Position numbers and translations under genes: made by a program. A stretch of 64,000 bases of DNA, from positions 68,128-132,127 of the forward strand of contig JANQQU010000065.1 of assembly GCA_028284905.1 (NCBI GenBank), given 5' to 3'. How positions within the stretch are numbered: position 1 is the stretch's first letter; each line of letters begins with the position of its first letter. The notes beneath the pieces were generated by a model, which was not told the DNA's origin, did not search any database, and saw only the letters and a program-made list of their open reading frames with translations. Shown one piece after another: positions 1 to 8,288 of this stretch. Source of the stretch: Calditrichia bacterium. GTDB taxonomy: Bacteria; Calditrichota; Calditrichia; RBG-13-44-9; J075.

Positions 1-477
1 GGCAATCTTGTCATGATAAGCTTTGATCGCCATAAAACGGGCAAATTCATGAAGCCAGCGTTCGTCATGCTTCTGGCAGAATTTTTCGAAGCTTTTTGCA
101 TCGGGAGAATCAGCTTTTAACTGGCTATAGGCATTGAGCAGTAAAGGCATCTTCCAATCGATGACACTTTCAAAATCAACCCGCTCAACAGGGAAAGATG
201 GCGCATTCTGCAAATCACTTTCCGATATGTAGCCTTCACTGGCTAAGCGGATGGGATCAATCATTAAAGGATTGCCTGCGAAAACGGATGCTGTTTGATA
301 GGGGGAATTGCCATAGCCGGTGGGGCCGAGGGGTAAAATTTGCCAGATCGACTGCTTGGCGGCAACCAGAAAGTCGATCCATTTATATGCTTCGCTACTA
401 ATTTCTCCAATCCCGAAAGGACCGGCAAAAGAGGTAGGATGCAATAATAATCCGGAAGATCGTTTCAAATGCGTCAT
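1..477 (-). CDS. malQ: 4-alpha-glucanotransferase (amylomaltase), N-terminal part; runs off the window edge
   Basis: Reverse-strand translation from the ATG at 475-477 gives MTHLKRSSGLLLHPTSFAGPFGIGEISSEAYKWIDFLVAAKQSIWQILPLGPTGYGNSPYQ..., the canonical MalQ/GH77 N-terminus. No stop before position 1. Not in the ORF track because it is truncated. Confidence 0.8.
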   Translation of the reverse strand, partial: MTHLKRSSGLLLHPTSFAGPFGIGEISSEAYKWIDFLVAAKQSIWQILPLGPTGYGNSPYQTASVFAGNPLMIDPIRLASEGYISESDLQNAPSFPVERVDFESVIDWKMPLLLNAYSQLKADSPDAKSFEKFCQKHDERWLHEFARFMAIKAYHDKIA

Positions 478-669
478 TGGGAAAAATCCTTCTAATTCTG
501 TTAGATAAGCACGGCGAAAACAGTAGTAATTATTTCAATACTAAAAAAACAAGCACCCAATATAATAATAAAAATTAAAAAAACGGCAACGGATTATTGT
601 AAAAATTGAAAATAAACGTTCCGCCCGGAAATGCCATGGGAAATTGGTCTTAATCGATTTAAGGTGATT

Positions 670-1665
670 CTACATTCCCGGTTTTTTGTGAACCAGTAAC
701 CAGAGGAAAAAGGGGCCGCCAAGGAGGGTAGTAATAATTCCCACCGGTAAGTCTACCGGGGCGAGGGCAGTGCGGGCGATCGTGTCTGCAAGTGCAAGAA
801 AACCACCCCCGAGGAAGATTGCTGACGGAATGAGATAACGGTGATCCGGACCGCCAACCAGGCGCAACAGGTGAGGTATTATGAGGCCGATAAAGCCGAT
901 CGGTCCACTTAATGCCACAACAGTGCCGGTGATCAGAGAGGCGATGATGAAGGCCGCTTTTTGAATTAGCAGGACATTAACCCCTTTACTAAGCGCCGTC
1001 TCTTCCGAGGTACTGATCACATTGAAGGTGTTTGCCAGTGCCCATAAAAGAATAAATGCAACCAAAATGATCGGGGCACTTTGCAGCAAGGTTTGATAAT
1101 CGACAACATCAAGCCCGCCGATGGTCCAGCGGATCATTTGCTGAGTTTCGGTAAAATCGGCAATGTAATGGAGAATAAGGATAACCGCTGAAAAGAAATA
1201 GCTGATGGTTACTCCGGCGAGGATCATTCCGTAGATGGAAATACTACCGGCTTTTTTTGAAAGAAAATACACCAGGAGCACGGTAAGAATACTGCCGACA
1301 AATGCAGCGAGCTGAATGGATGAATACCCGAGGATGGAAAAGTCGAGACCGGTTTTAATAACCAGCAGTGCGCCCACTGCACTGCCGCTGGCAACACCCA
1401 GCGTATACGGTGTCGCCAATGGATTACGCAGTAACGCCTGAAACACCACGCCGGCAACTGCCAGGGTGCTGCCGGTCATAATTCCCAGGAGAACGCGGGG
1501 CAGGCGAATACGGAAGAAAATTATCCCTCCCGGTGTTTCCTCTCCATCCAGATAGGCGAGCACTTCTGAGAAGGCAAGCATTTTGCTACCGATTAAGGGT
1601 GTAATGACCAATACCGAAAGCAGGAAGATGAAGCTAAAGATTGTGAGCCAGGATTTTCGGGGCAT
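670..1665 (-). CDS. btuC: FecCD-family ABC transporter permease (BtuC-like; corrinoid/iron-siderophore type)
   Basis: 331-aa polytopic membrane protein with a FecCD-type glycine-rich C-terminal region (GGPFFLWLL). Last gene of the riboswitch-headed minus-strand gene string. Confidence 0.85.
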   Translation of the reverse strand: MPRKSWLTIFSFIFLLSVLVITPLIGSKMLAFSEVLAYLDGEETPGGIIFFRIRLPRVLLGIMTGSTLAVAGVVFQALLRNPLATPYTLGVASGSAVGALLVIKTGLDFSILGYSSIQLAAFVGSILTVLLVYFLSKKAGSISIYGMILAGVTISYFFSAVILILHYIADFTETQQMIRWTIGGLDVVDYQTLLQSAPIILVAFILLWALANTFNVISTSEETALSKGVNVLLIQKAAFIIASLITGTVVALSGPIGFIGLIIPHLLRLVGGPDHRYLIPSAIFLGGGFLALADTIARTALAPVDLPVGIITTLLGGPFFLWLLVHKKPGM

Positions 1666-1705
1666 GAGGGTTCGTTGTTCGTTGATCGTTGTTTGTCCGG
1701 TGTAT

Positions 1706-2809
1706 CTACTCGACAGCTTCCGGTAAGTATTTTACTAGCGCACCCTTATACCAGTCATAAGCCCAGAAATAATCATCGACGGGGACAAAGTATGCCGAAC
1801 CGGCGACCGGGCTATAATATTCCTCGCTCGGTACTTCCGGATTATCAAAAGAAATTAGTGAAAGGCGATTATCATACAAAGCTGAAGTATTATTCGTCCA
1901 GATTTGATCTTCAGCGGGCTCCAGTACCATAGTCGAATAATTAAAGGGAAAAGGAGGCGACACTTCCTGAACAGTGTTGTTGTTGATGTCAAATTTCACC
2001 AGGAGCTCTCCATCAGAAATACCGGCCCATAAATATATAACATCTCCGCCATCATAATAATAACTATGTAAGCGGTAAGGTATAAAAAAACCATCCCGAT
2101 AAGGAAATGGGGGGATCACTATATGCTTTGAGCTATCAATTTCCAGAGTCACGGAGTTGTAATAATCCAAACGGAATCTTGATTCATCCAGCTCATACTC
2201 TGTCAATACTAAATCGCTATTGTCTAATACATGAACACTACGGTAGTCCTCGGTTGAAATATAAGTGACATCACCATTAAGAGTGTCTATAAAAACAGCT
2301 TTTCTTGATAGAAATGTGGCATAAATGCCTCCATTTCCAAAGGTGAGATCCAATGCTATATCATTTACAAATATATCACTATCTGGGAGGGGGATCGTTT
2401 TAAAGATCCTCCCCTTTACCGCCGGAGAGTAAAAAGAAATTTCATTGCTGTGGCGAACCTCTTCATTCCAATAATGGACGCTAACCCGGGCTTGATAGAT
2501 TTGGTCCGTTGTCAATATACTATCGGTTTGGAAGTAAGTGCTTGTGTATAAAGATTTTGTTTCCAGGGGAACATACGTTGATTCTGTATCTTTTTTTATA
2601 GCCAGCTCATACTTCTCAATCGCCCGGTATAACTCCAGACGTGGCGGTATATCAAAATAGAGATACATTCGGCCATATCCACTGGTAATGGAAGTCAATT
2701 CCGGCGCCCAATCGGTTTCGCTGGTAAACTCCGGCGAAATGGAAATTTTTTCGGTGCAAGTCATGGTTAATAAAGTGAGTAGGAAGATCGTAAAAATATT
2801 TTTCTTCAT
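1706..2809 (-). CDS. Lipoprotein of unknown function (paralog B of a tandem pair)
   Basis: N-terminal MKKNIFTIFLLTLLTMTCTEK (signal peptide plus lipobox Cys). Collinear similarity to the upstream 2840-3946 product along its whole length (CTEKISISP..ETDWAPE..TSGYGRMY ... FVPV..YFWAYD.YK.ALVK..PEAVE). Tyr/Asp/Gly-rich, beta-rich composition. Confidence 0.6.
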   Translation of the reverse strand: MKKNIFTIFLLTLLTMTCTEKISISPEFTSETDWAPELTSITSGYGRMYLYFDIPPRLELYRAIEKYELAIKKDTESTYVPLETKSLYTSTYFQTDSILTTDQIYQARVSVHYWNEEVRHSNEISFYSPAVKGRIFKTIPLPDSDIFVNDIALDLTFGNGGIYATFLSRKAVFIDTLNGDVTYISTEDYRSVHVLDNSDLVLTEYELDESRFRLDYYNSVTLEIDSSKHIVIPPFPYRDGFFIPYRLHSYYYDGGDVIYLWAGISDGELLVKFDINNNTVQEVSPPFPFNYSTMVLEPAEDQIWTNNTSALYDNRLSLISFDNPEVPSEEYYSPVAGSAYFVPVDDYFWAYDWYKGALVKYLPEAVE

Positions 2810-2839
2810 ATCATACCCCTGTGGGGAGTTTCCTTTTCG

Positions 2840-3946
2840 TTACTCTACGGCTTCCGGTGAGAATTTTACCAGCGCCTCTTTATACGAGTCATATGCCCAG
2901 AAATAATTACCTACGGGAACAAAGTAAGCCGAACCGCCAACGGGATTATAGTATTCCTCGCTTGGTGTCGCCGGATTGTCAAAAGAAATCACCGATAAGC
3001 GATTATCGAACAAAGATGAAGTTTTATTGGTCCAGATATGATCTCCCACAGGCTCCAGAACTAAATTAGAATAGCTAGCGGAAAAAAACGGTGATACTTC
3101 CAAAACACTGTTGTTTTTGATATCAAATTTTATCAGGAGATCTACGTCTGAAATACTAGCAAAAAAATTTATAACATCACTACCATCATAAGAATAGCTG
3201 TGCACATGATAGGCATAACGATAATCGTTCTGTACCAGTAGCGGTGGTATCGAAATTTGCTTTGAGCTATCCAGTTCCAGGGTAACGGCATTGTAGTAAT
3301 CTATGTGAAATGTTGGGTCTGAAGGGCCATATAATGTCAATGCCAAACCACCGTTGTTTAAGACATGGACGCTGTGGTAATCCTCAGATGAAATATTTCT
3401 GACATCTCCACTAAGTGTATCAATAAATATTACTTTGCGATGGAGAAAGGCACCATAAAGGCCACCATGCCCAGGGGTAAGATCAAACGGAAAATCATCT
3501 GCATAATCAGCACTGTCGGAGAGCGGAATTCTTTTCAGTATGCGCCCTTTTATCTGCGGAGAATGGAAAGAGCGTTCATCGCTATGGCGAACGGTGCCAT
3601 CCCGGTAAACAACGCTAATTCTCGCCTGGTATGCCTGATCTGTTGCCAATATGCTATCTGTTCGAAAGTAGACGCCTAAATAAGAATTTGAGCTGGTATC
3701 TATGGGAACATATGATGCATCAGTGCTCTTTTTTAAGGCCAGGACGTAATAATCAACCATCCGAAATAGTTCCAGACGCTCAGGTTTGGTAAAATTGATA
3801 TACATTCGGCCATAACCACTGGTAACAGTCTTTATTTCCGGGGCCCAATCTGTTTCATTCGAATAAACCGGAGATATTGAAATTTTTTCCGTACAGGCAA
3901 AGGCCAATAATGCAAGGGCTAAAGTTGTAAAAATAGATGCCTTCAT
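2840..3946 (-). CDS. Lipoprotein of unknown function (paralog A of a tandem pair)
   Basis: The ORF-track reading frame extends to 4018, but the plausible start is the internal Met at 3946 (MKASIFTTLALALLAFACTEK, lipoprotein signal). Paralog of 1706-2809. Confidence 0.6.
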   Translation of the reverse strand: MKASIFTTLALALLAFACTEKISISPVYSNETDWAPEIKTVTSGYGRMYINFTKPERLELFRMVDYYVLALKKSTDASYVPIDTSSNSYLGVYFRTDSILATDQAYQARISVVYRDGTVRHSDERSFHSPQIKGRILKRIPLSDSADYADDFPFDLTPGHGGLYGAFLHRKVIFIDTLSGDVRNISSEDYHSVHVLNNGGLALTLYGPSDPTFHIDYYNAVTLELDSSKQISIPPLLVQNDYRYAYHVHSYSYDGSDVINFFASISDVDLLIKFDIKNNSVLEVSPFFSASYSNLVLEPVGDHIWTNKTSSLFDNRLSVISFDNPATPSEEYYNPVGGSAYFVPVGNYFWAYDSYKEALVKFSPEAVE

Positions 3947-3947
3947 A

Positions 3948-4886
3948 CTATAATCCAATTGCGATGCCAGTTTGGATGCCAATTGCACTGAAATCAAGAG
4001 TTGCCGGCTGCCGGGCATTCCAATATGGCTCGGTTAAAAAAGTGAGGGGAGGAAAAAAAAGATATCCCAGCTCCGGCCTTGCATCCAGTGCCTGCACTCC
4101 GAAATAATTGGCTGCCTGCACTAATGCTATGCCGCGTTCCGTTTCCGATGGGCCGGATTGGCCATAATAGCCATCGATTCCTTTCCCCCGGAAATCCTTC
4201 ATTTCAATTTTCCGATAATTTGCGGCAATTTTAAAAGTGAGCGGGCCGATGAGCTGAAAACCAACGCCGATTGTGCCATGCCAGCCCCAGTCTGTCTGAT
4301 GCATATTGCTAATCAAATATTCCCCTTCATCCGGTTCGAGTGGGCCCGTATGGCGGGTGTTGCGGTTGTGCTGCCAATCCATATCAATGTCGCCCCGATA
4401 GCGATTTACGCCACCTTCTAAATATAGCTTCAAGCCGGAAAAAAGTGATCTCTCATATCCCAGGCCAACACCAACGGATTGAAGTTTGAAATCAATTTCC
4501 TGCCAAAAAGCGACCGTTCTAAAATAGCCCTCTCCCGGATCGTAGTCCGGATTTGTGTAAAATTCGAATCGGGAATTAGTTACTGCTCGCTGATAATGGA
4601 GAGTCGCGGAAAAACTATTATTTAGAGAATAACGCAACCCACCCTGCCAATGAAAATCGCCATTGATTTTTTCATAGAAACCTAATGGCTCTTCGAAAAA
4701 AGGATCAAGTCTTATCTGATTACTGACAAGCGCAAGCGCATCATTATATGCATCCCAGGGGCTAAAGTGGTAGGCAGTGTTAAAATCTAAACTTACGCGT
4801 TTCAGGGATAACCAACCCGGCGTTTTTTCCTGACTATAAGCAGCGGACGTCAGGAACGACAGCAATAAAATCACGGCGAGACGCAT
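3948..4886 (-). CDS. Putative outer-membrane beta-barrel protein, unknown family
   Basis: Signal peptide MRLAVILLLSFLTSAAYSQ. Alternating hydrophobic, Gly/Tyr-rich strand-like segments and an aromatic-rich C-terminus. No recognisable catalytic motif. Confidence 0.45.
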   Translation of the reverse strand: MRLAVILLLSFLTSAAYSQEKTPGWLSLKRVSLDFNTAYHFSPWDAYNDALALVSNQIRLDPFFEEPLGFYEKINGDFHWQGGLRYSLNNSFSATLHYQRAVTNSRFEFYTNPDYDPGEGYFRTVAFWQEIDFKLQSVGVGLGYERSLFSGLKLYLEGGVNRYRGDIDMDWQHNRNTRHTGPLEPDEGEYLISNMHQTDWGWHGTIGVGFQLIGPLTFKIAANYRKIEMKDFRGKGIDGYYGQSGPSETERGIALVQAANYFGVQALDARPELGYLFFPPLTFLTEPYWNARQPATLDFSAIGIQTGIAIGL

Positions 4887-5027
4887 GGCCCCTCCTCGGA
4901 ATGAAATTTTAAGTCTGTGTGATAGTTTTTAAAATATATCTTTATCAACACTTCTTTGCAAGTTTATAATAACTCGCCGAAACTATCTGACACAGGTATT
5001 CTGTCTGTTGGGAATGCTCTGATGGAA

Positions 5028-5795
5028 TCATTTTGGTAGTAAGAGCGGTTTACCATCTTCCGGATGGACGGAAATGGTAACCGGCACTTCATAAATCAAT
5101 TCCATTAACTCTTTGTTGATGATTTCTGCCGGGGGGCCATCTGCGCTAAGCTCGCCATCTTTTAAAACCAGCAACCGCCGGCAATAACGGGCTGCCAGAT
5201 TGATGTCATGCGTTACGGTAACGATGGTCATTTTTCGCTGCTGATTTAAATCCTGCAATATTTCATAAAAACCAATCTGATGCTTGAGGTCCAGTGCCGA
5301 TGTCGGTTCATCGAGCAAGAGAATTTGGGGTTCCTGGGCCAGGGCAGAAGCAAGTACAACCCGCTGCATTTCGCCGCCACTCAGTGATGATAATTGGCGC
5401 TGGCGAAACTGCCAGACATCGGTTTCTTCCATAGCATGACGCACCGCAGCGTGATCCTCGTTGGTCGCTGTTGTAAATGGCGACATGTACGGATAGCGCC
5501 CCATCAAGACAATTTCCTGCACAGTAAAATCAAATGCACTGGAGAAGGACTGGGAGACAAAGCCGATTACCTTGGCGAGGGCCTGGCGTTGATATTTGCT
5601 TAGGGAAAGATTTGCAATCGTCACCTTCCCCTGTTCCAATGGTAAAATGCCAGCGATTATTTTTAGAAGGGTGGATTTCCCGGCACCATTTGGGCCGATG
5701 ATCGCCGTCATCTCTTCCGCTGCGATGTTCAAAGTGACATCTTTTAGCACCAGGTCAGTGCCATAAGAATAAGAGATGTTTTCGGCGAGAATCAT
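5028..5795 (-). CDS. btuD: ABC transporter ATP-binding protein (BtuD/FecE-like)
   Basis: Walker A GPNGAGKSTLLK, ABC signature LSGGEMQRV, Walker B LLLDEPTSALD. Overlaps the upstream btuF stop by 4 nt (translational coupling). Confidence 0.85.
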   Translation of the reverse strand: MILAENISYSYGTDLVLKDVTLNIAAEEMTAIIGPNGAGKSTLLKIIAGILPLEQGKVTIANLSLSKYQRQALAKVIGFVSQSFSSAFDFTVQEIVLMGRYPYMSPFTTATNEDHAAVRHAMEETDVWQFRQRQLSSLSGGEMQRVVLASALAQEPQILLLDEPTSALDLKHQIGFYEILQDLNQQRKMTIVTVTHDINLAARYCRRLLVLKDGELSADGPPAEIINKELMELIYEVPVTISVHPEDGKPLLLPK

Positions 5796-6655
5796 TCTGC
5801 CGCCGGGCGGAGCAATTCATGAAATGCCATGGCGATTTTGGCAATTCGCGGGCCGGGAATCAGGAAATAACGATCGGTAAAATAATGGATACGGTTTTCC
5901 TGAACTGCTGTTAAGGTGGAAAGAGATTGCCAGTCGCCACGCAGCTCTGCGGTTTTTTCGGCTACTTCTGCTGCATCAATCATTCGAAATTCTATGATCG
6001 ATTCCGGATTCCGCAATACCAGGTCTTCCTTGGAAACATCAAAGTAGCGGGATTCCACATCGGGAAAAATATTTTGGCCGCCGCTCAACTCCAGTATTTC
6101 ATTCAGGTAAGTCTGTGTGCCGGCAGCATAAAGCCCTTTCAAGCTACCAGCCTGCCGACCGATAACCAGTAAGGTCGAAGTTGGCATTTCCGGGCGAAGA
6201 TGATGACTGCCGATAAAATCCAATGTATCCCGAATGCCCTGGCAGGCAAGCATTGCCCGCTCAGTACATCCCAGCACCCGGCCGATTGCTTCGATGCCGT
6301 GTAATATTTCATCGACTGTTTCGTTGGCAACGGTGAATGTCTTCAGGCCCAGCATCTGCAGTTTTCTGTCCATGTCCATATTCGGGAGGAGAAAGACGAT
6401 ATCCGGTTGCAGCGCAACGATACTTTCCAGATCCGGATTAAGGTATCCACCGATGGTAGTAATTTTTTCTGCCGCCGGTGGATACAGACAATATTCAGTG
6501 CGGCCAACAAGCTTATCACCCTGTCCTAATCGATAAATTATCTCGGTAATATTTGGCGCTAAAGAGAGAATTCTTTTCGGCGCTTCCTGAGCGGGCAGGT
6601 AAGCTGTGAATAAAAACGCCAGAATTATCGGATAAAAAATAGATTGCTTTTTCAT
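5792..6655 (-). CDS. btuF: Periplasmic substrate-binding protein, class III (BtuF-like cobalamin-binding)
   Basis: Start trimmed to MKKQSIFYPIILAFLFTAYLPAQ (signal peptide). RILSLAPNITEIIYRLGQGDKLVGRTEYC...YLNPDLESIVALQPDIVFL matches the BtuF/FecB periplasmic binding fold. Confidence 0.8.
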   Translation of the reverse strand: MKKQSIFYPIILAFLFTAYLPAQEAPKRILSLAPNITEIIYRLGQGDKLVGRTEYCLYPPAAEKITTIGGYLNPDLESIVALQPDIVFLLPNMDMDRKLQMLGLKTFTVANETVDEILHGIEAIGRVLGCTERAMLACQGIRDTLDFIGSHHLRPEMPTSTLLVIGRQAGSLKGLYAAGTQTYLNEILELSGGQNIFPDVESRYFDVSKEDLVLRNPESIIEFRMIDAAEVAEKTAELRGDWQSLSTLTAVQENRIHYFTDRYFLIPGPRIAKIAMAFHELLRPAAE

Positions 6656-6706
6656 GTTAAGCCTGTCTCCACAGGAACGGATTCTTATGCCGAACACTTT
6701 CCATTG

Positions 6707-6892
6707 CTATTCCGCACGTCGAAAAACCGTTCGTCGTTTTTCCAGTTGATCATAAACCCGGTCTTTTTCCGGATCGGTCAGTTTACCCCACATAATGATC
6801 TCTTCCAGGGTGCGAAAGCAGCCAATACAAAAACCACTTTCGGAATCCATCCGGCAGATTTTCACGCAGGGAGAATTGGGTGTTAGTTTCAT
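6707..6892 (-). CDS. DUF1289-type small Cys-rich protein (putative Fe-S/metal-binding)
   Basis: 61 aa with the pattern [25 protein letters not shown] typical of DUF1289. Confidence 0.55.
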   Translation of the reverse strand: MKLTPNSPCVKICRMDSESGFCIGCFRTLEEIIMWGKLTDPEKDRVYDQLEKRRTVFRRAE

Positions 6893-6992
6893 ATTTATAT
6901 CTCCTGGCTAGCTCACTTGATGCGAAAAAGTGAGCTAACACTTTATAATTTAAGTAATTTATTTAGCCGATTTCAAGTCCGTAAACTTGAAA

Positions 6993-8288
6993 TTATCGAA
7001 TTAAATGCATTTTTTGACTGAAAAATTCGTTTTTACTACGTAAATGCAAGAAATACAAGCCAGATGCAGCGGCAATTCCGCTATCTGTGCGTCCATCCCA
7101 GGCCAATTCGTGATAGCCGGCTGGTAGCCGGTTGTTCAACAAAGTGCGGATGATTGTTCCATTTACACTAACAATATCAATTTGAACTTCGGCAAGGTGG
7201 TTCAACTCGAAGCGAACTTTTGTTGCCGGGTTAAACGGATTTGGGTAATTGGGCAGCAGGCGAATCGATTGGCTGATGTTGATCTCATCGCCATCAATTG
7301 CGCTGGGACCGGCTTCGAATAATGCCAGAGAAATGGGGCCGTCTCCAACCAGAAATTCATCGAGCAAAGCGTGATCAGGAGAGAATACGTAGAGTGAATC
7401 AGTGCCAAAATCTACCACGTAAGCGTTGCCATTGCCATCGAAAGTCACTTCCGGGCCGCCGGGCAGGGGATTACTGCTGTCCCGCTCAAATGTTTGATTG
7501 GTTAAATCGTATACCAGAATACCACTGCCGAAAGTACCGAGGTAGGCCTTATTGTCTGCACTAACATTCACCGCTGTAATGAATGCGGAAGATTCTACGG
7601 AATCGATAACGGTAAGGGTATTACCATCGATGATGTCCATCTGGCTGCCAACCAAATAGTAATCGCCGGTACAGGCAGCGATGATGTTGCCATTCACATC
7701 CAGCGCCAAAGATTGCGGATTGATGCCAACAGGAATTGAGGTGATAACATTAAAACTAGTTGCGTCAATAACACTAACAAGACCGGGATCATAGCCGGCG
7801 CCATTAAACCCGCTGTTAGCGACATACACTTTCCCATCATTATAGAGCAGGCCTTCCGGGCCGGTACCAACATTGGCATTACCGAGAATATTACCGGTAT
7901 GCAAATTTACAAACACAACCTGGTTCGTAAACAGGAGGCTGACGGCGGCAATAGAATCATTGACAAAAGCCATTCCCCAGGGATTGGTGCCGCTGCCAAA
8001 ATCGATATTGTTAATTGTATTGCCATTGAGAAGATTCACAACCTGAATCTCATTATCTCCCGAGTTGATGACATATGCACGCTCGCCTTTTATGCGAATT
8101 TGGTTGGTAAACAAACCGGCACCAAAGGCGCTGGAGGTAACGGTGCCGGTCCCCAGATCTACCTGGCTGACATCTTCGCCGATAGTATTTAGTACGTAAA
8201 CACTCGAACTTTGCGCATTTACCATAACGGAAAACACGATGATTAAGAAAGAAATAAGAGTAACGAATTTCAAATTTAGCTCCTTCAA
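6993..8288 (-). CDS. Secreted YVTN-type beta-propeller protein with a T9SS C-terminal sorting domain
   Basis: Signal peptide; repeated ~40-aa blocks (YVLNTIGEDVS.VD, YVINSGDNEIQVVN, VYVANSG...VSVIDATS, AYVVDFGTDSLYV) typical of YVTN/lactonase-like propeller blades. C-terminal ~80 aa (...NPFNPATKVRFEL...GLYFLHLRS...) matches a type-A T9SS sorting domain. Starts immediately after the btuB stop. Confidence 0.75.
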   Translation of the reverse strand: MKELNLKFVTLISFLIIVFSVMVNAQSSSVYVLNTIGEDVSQVDLGTGTVTSSAFGAGLFTNQIRIKGERAYVINSGDNEIQVVNLLNGNTINNIDFGSGTNPWGMAFVNDSIAAVSLLFTNQVVFVNLHTGNILGNANVGTGPEGLLYNDGKVYVANSGFNGAGYDPGLVSVIDATSFNVITSIPVGINPQSLALDVNGNIIAACTGDYYLVGSQMDIIDGNTLTVIDSVESSAFITAVNVSADNKAYLGTFGSGILVYDLTNQTFERDSSNPLPGGPEVTFDGNGNAYVVDFGTDSLYVFSPDHALLDEFLVGDGPISLALFEAGPSAIDGDEINISQSIRLLPNYPNPFNPATKVRFELNHLAEVQIDIVSVNGTIIRTLLNNRLPAGYHELAWDGRTDSGIAAASGLYFLHLRSKNEFFSQKMHLIR

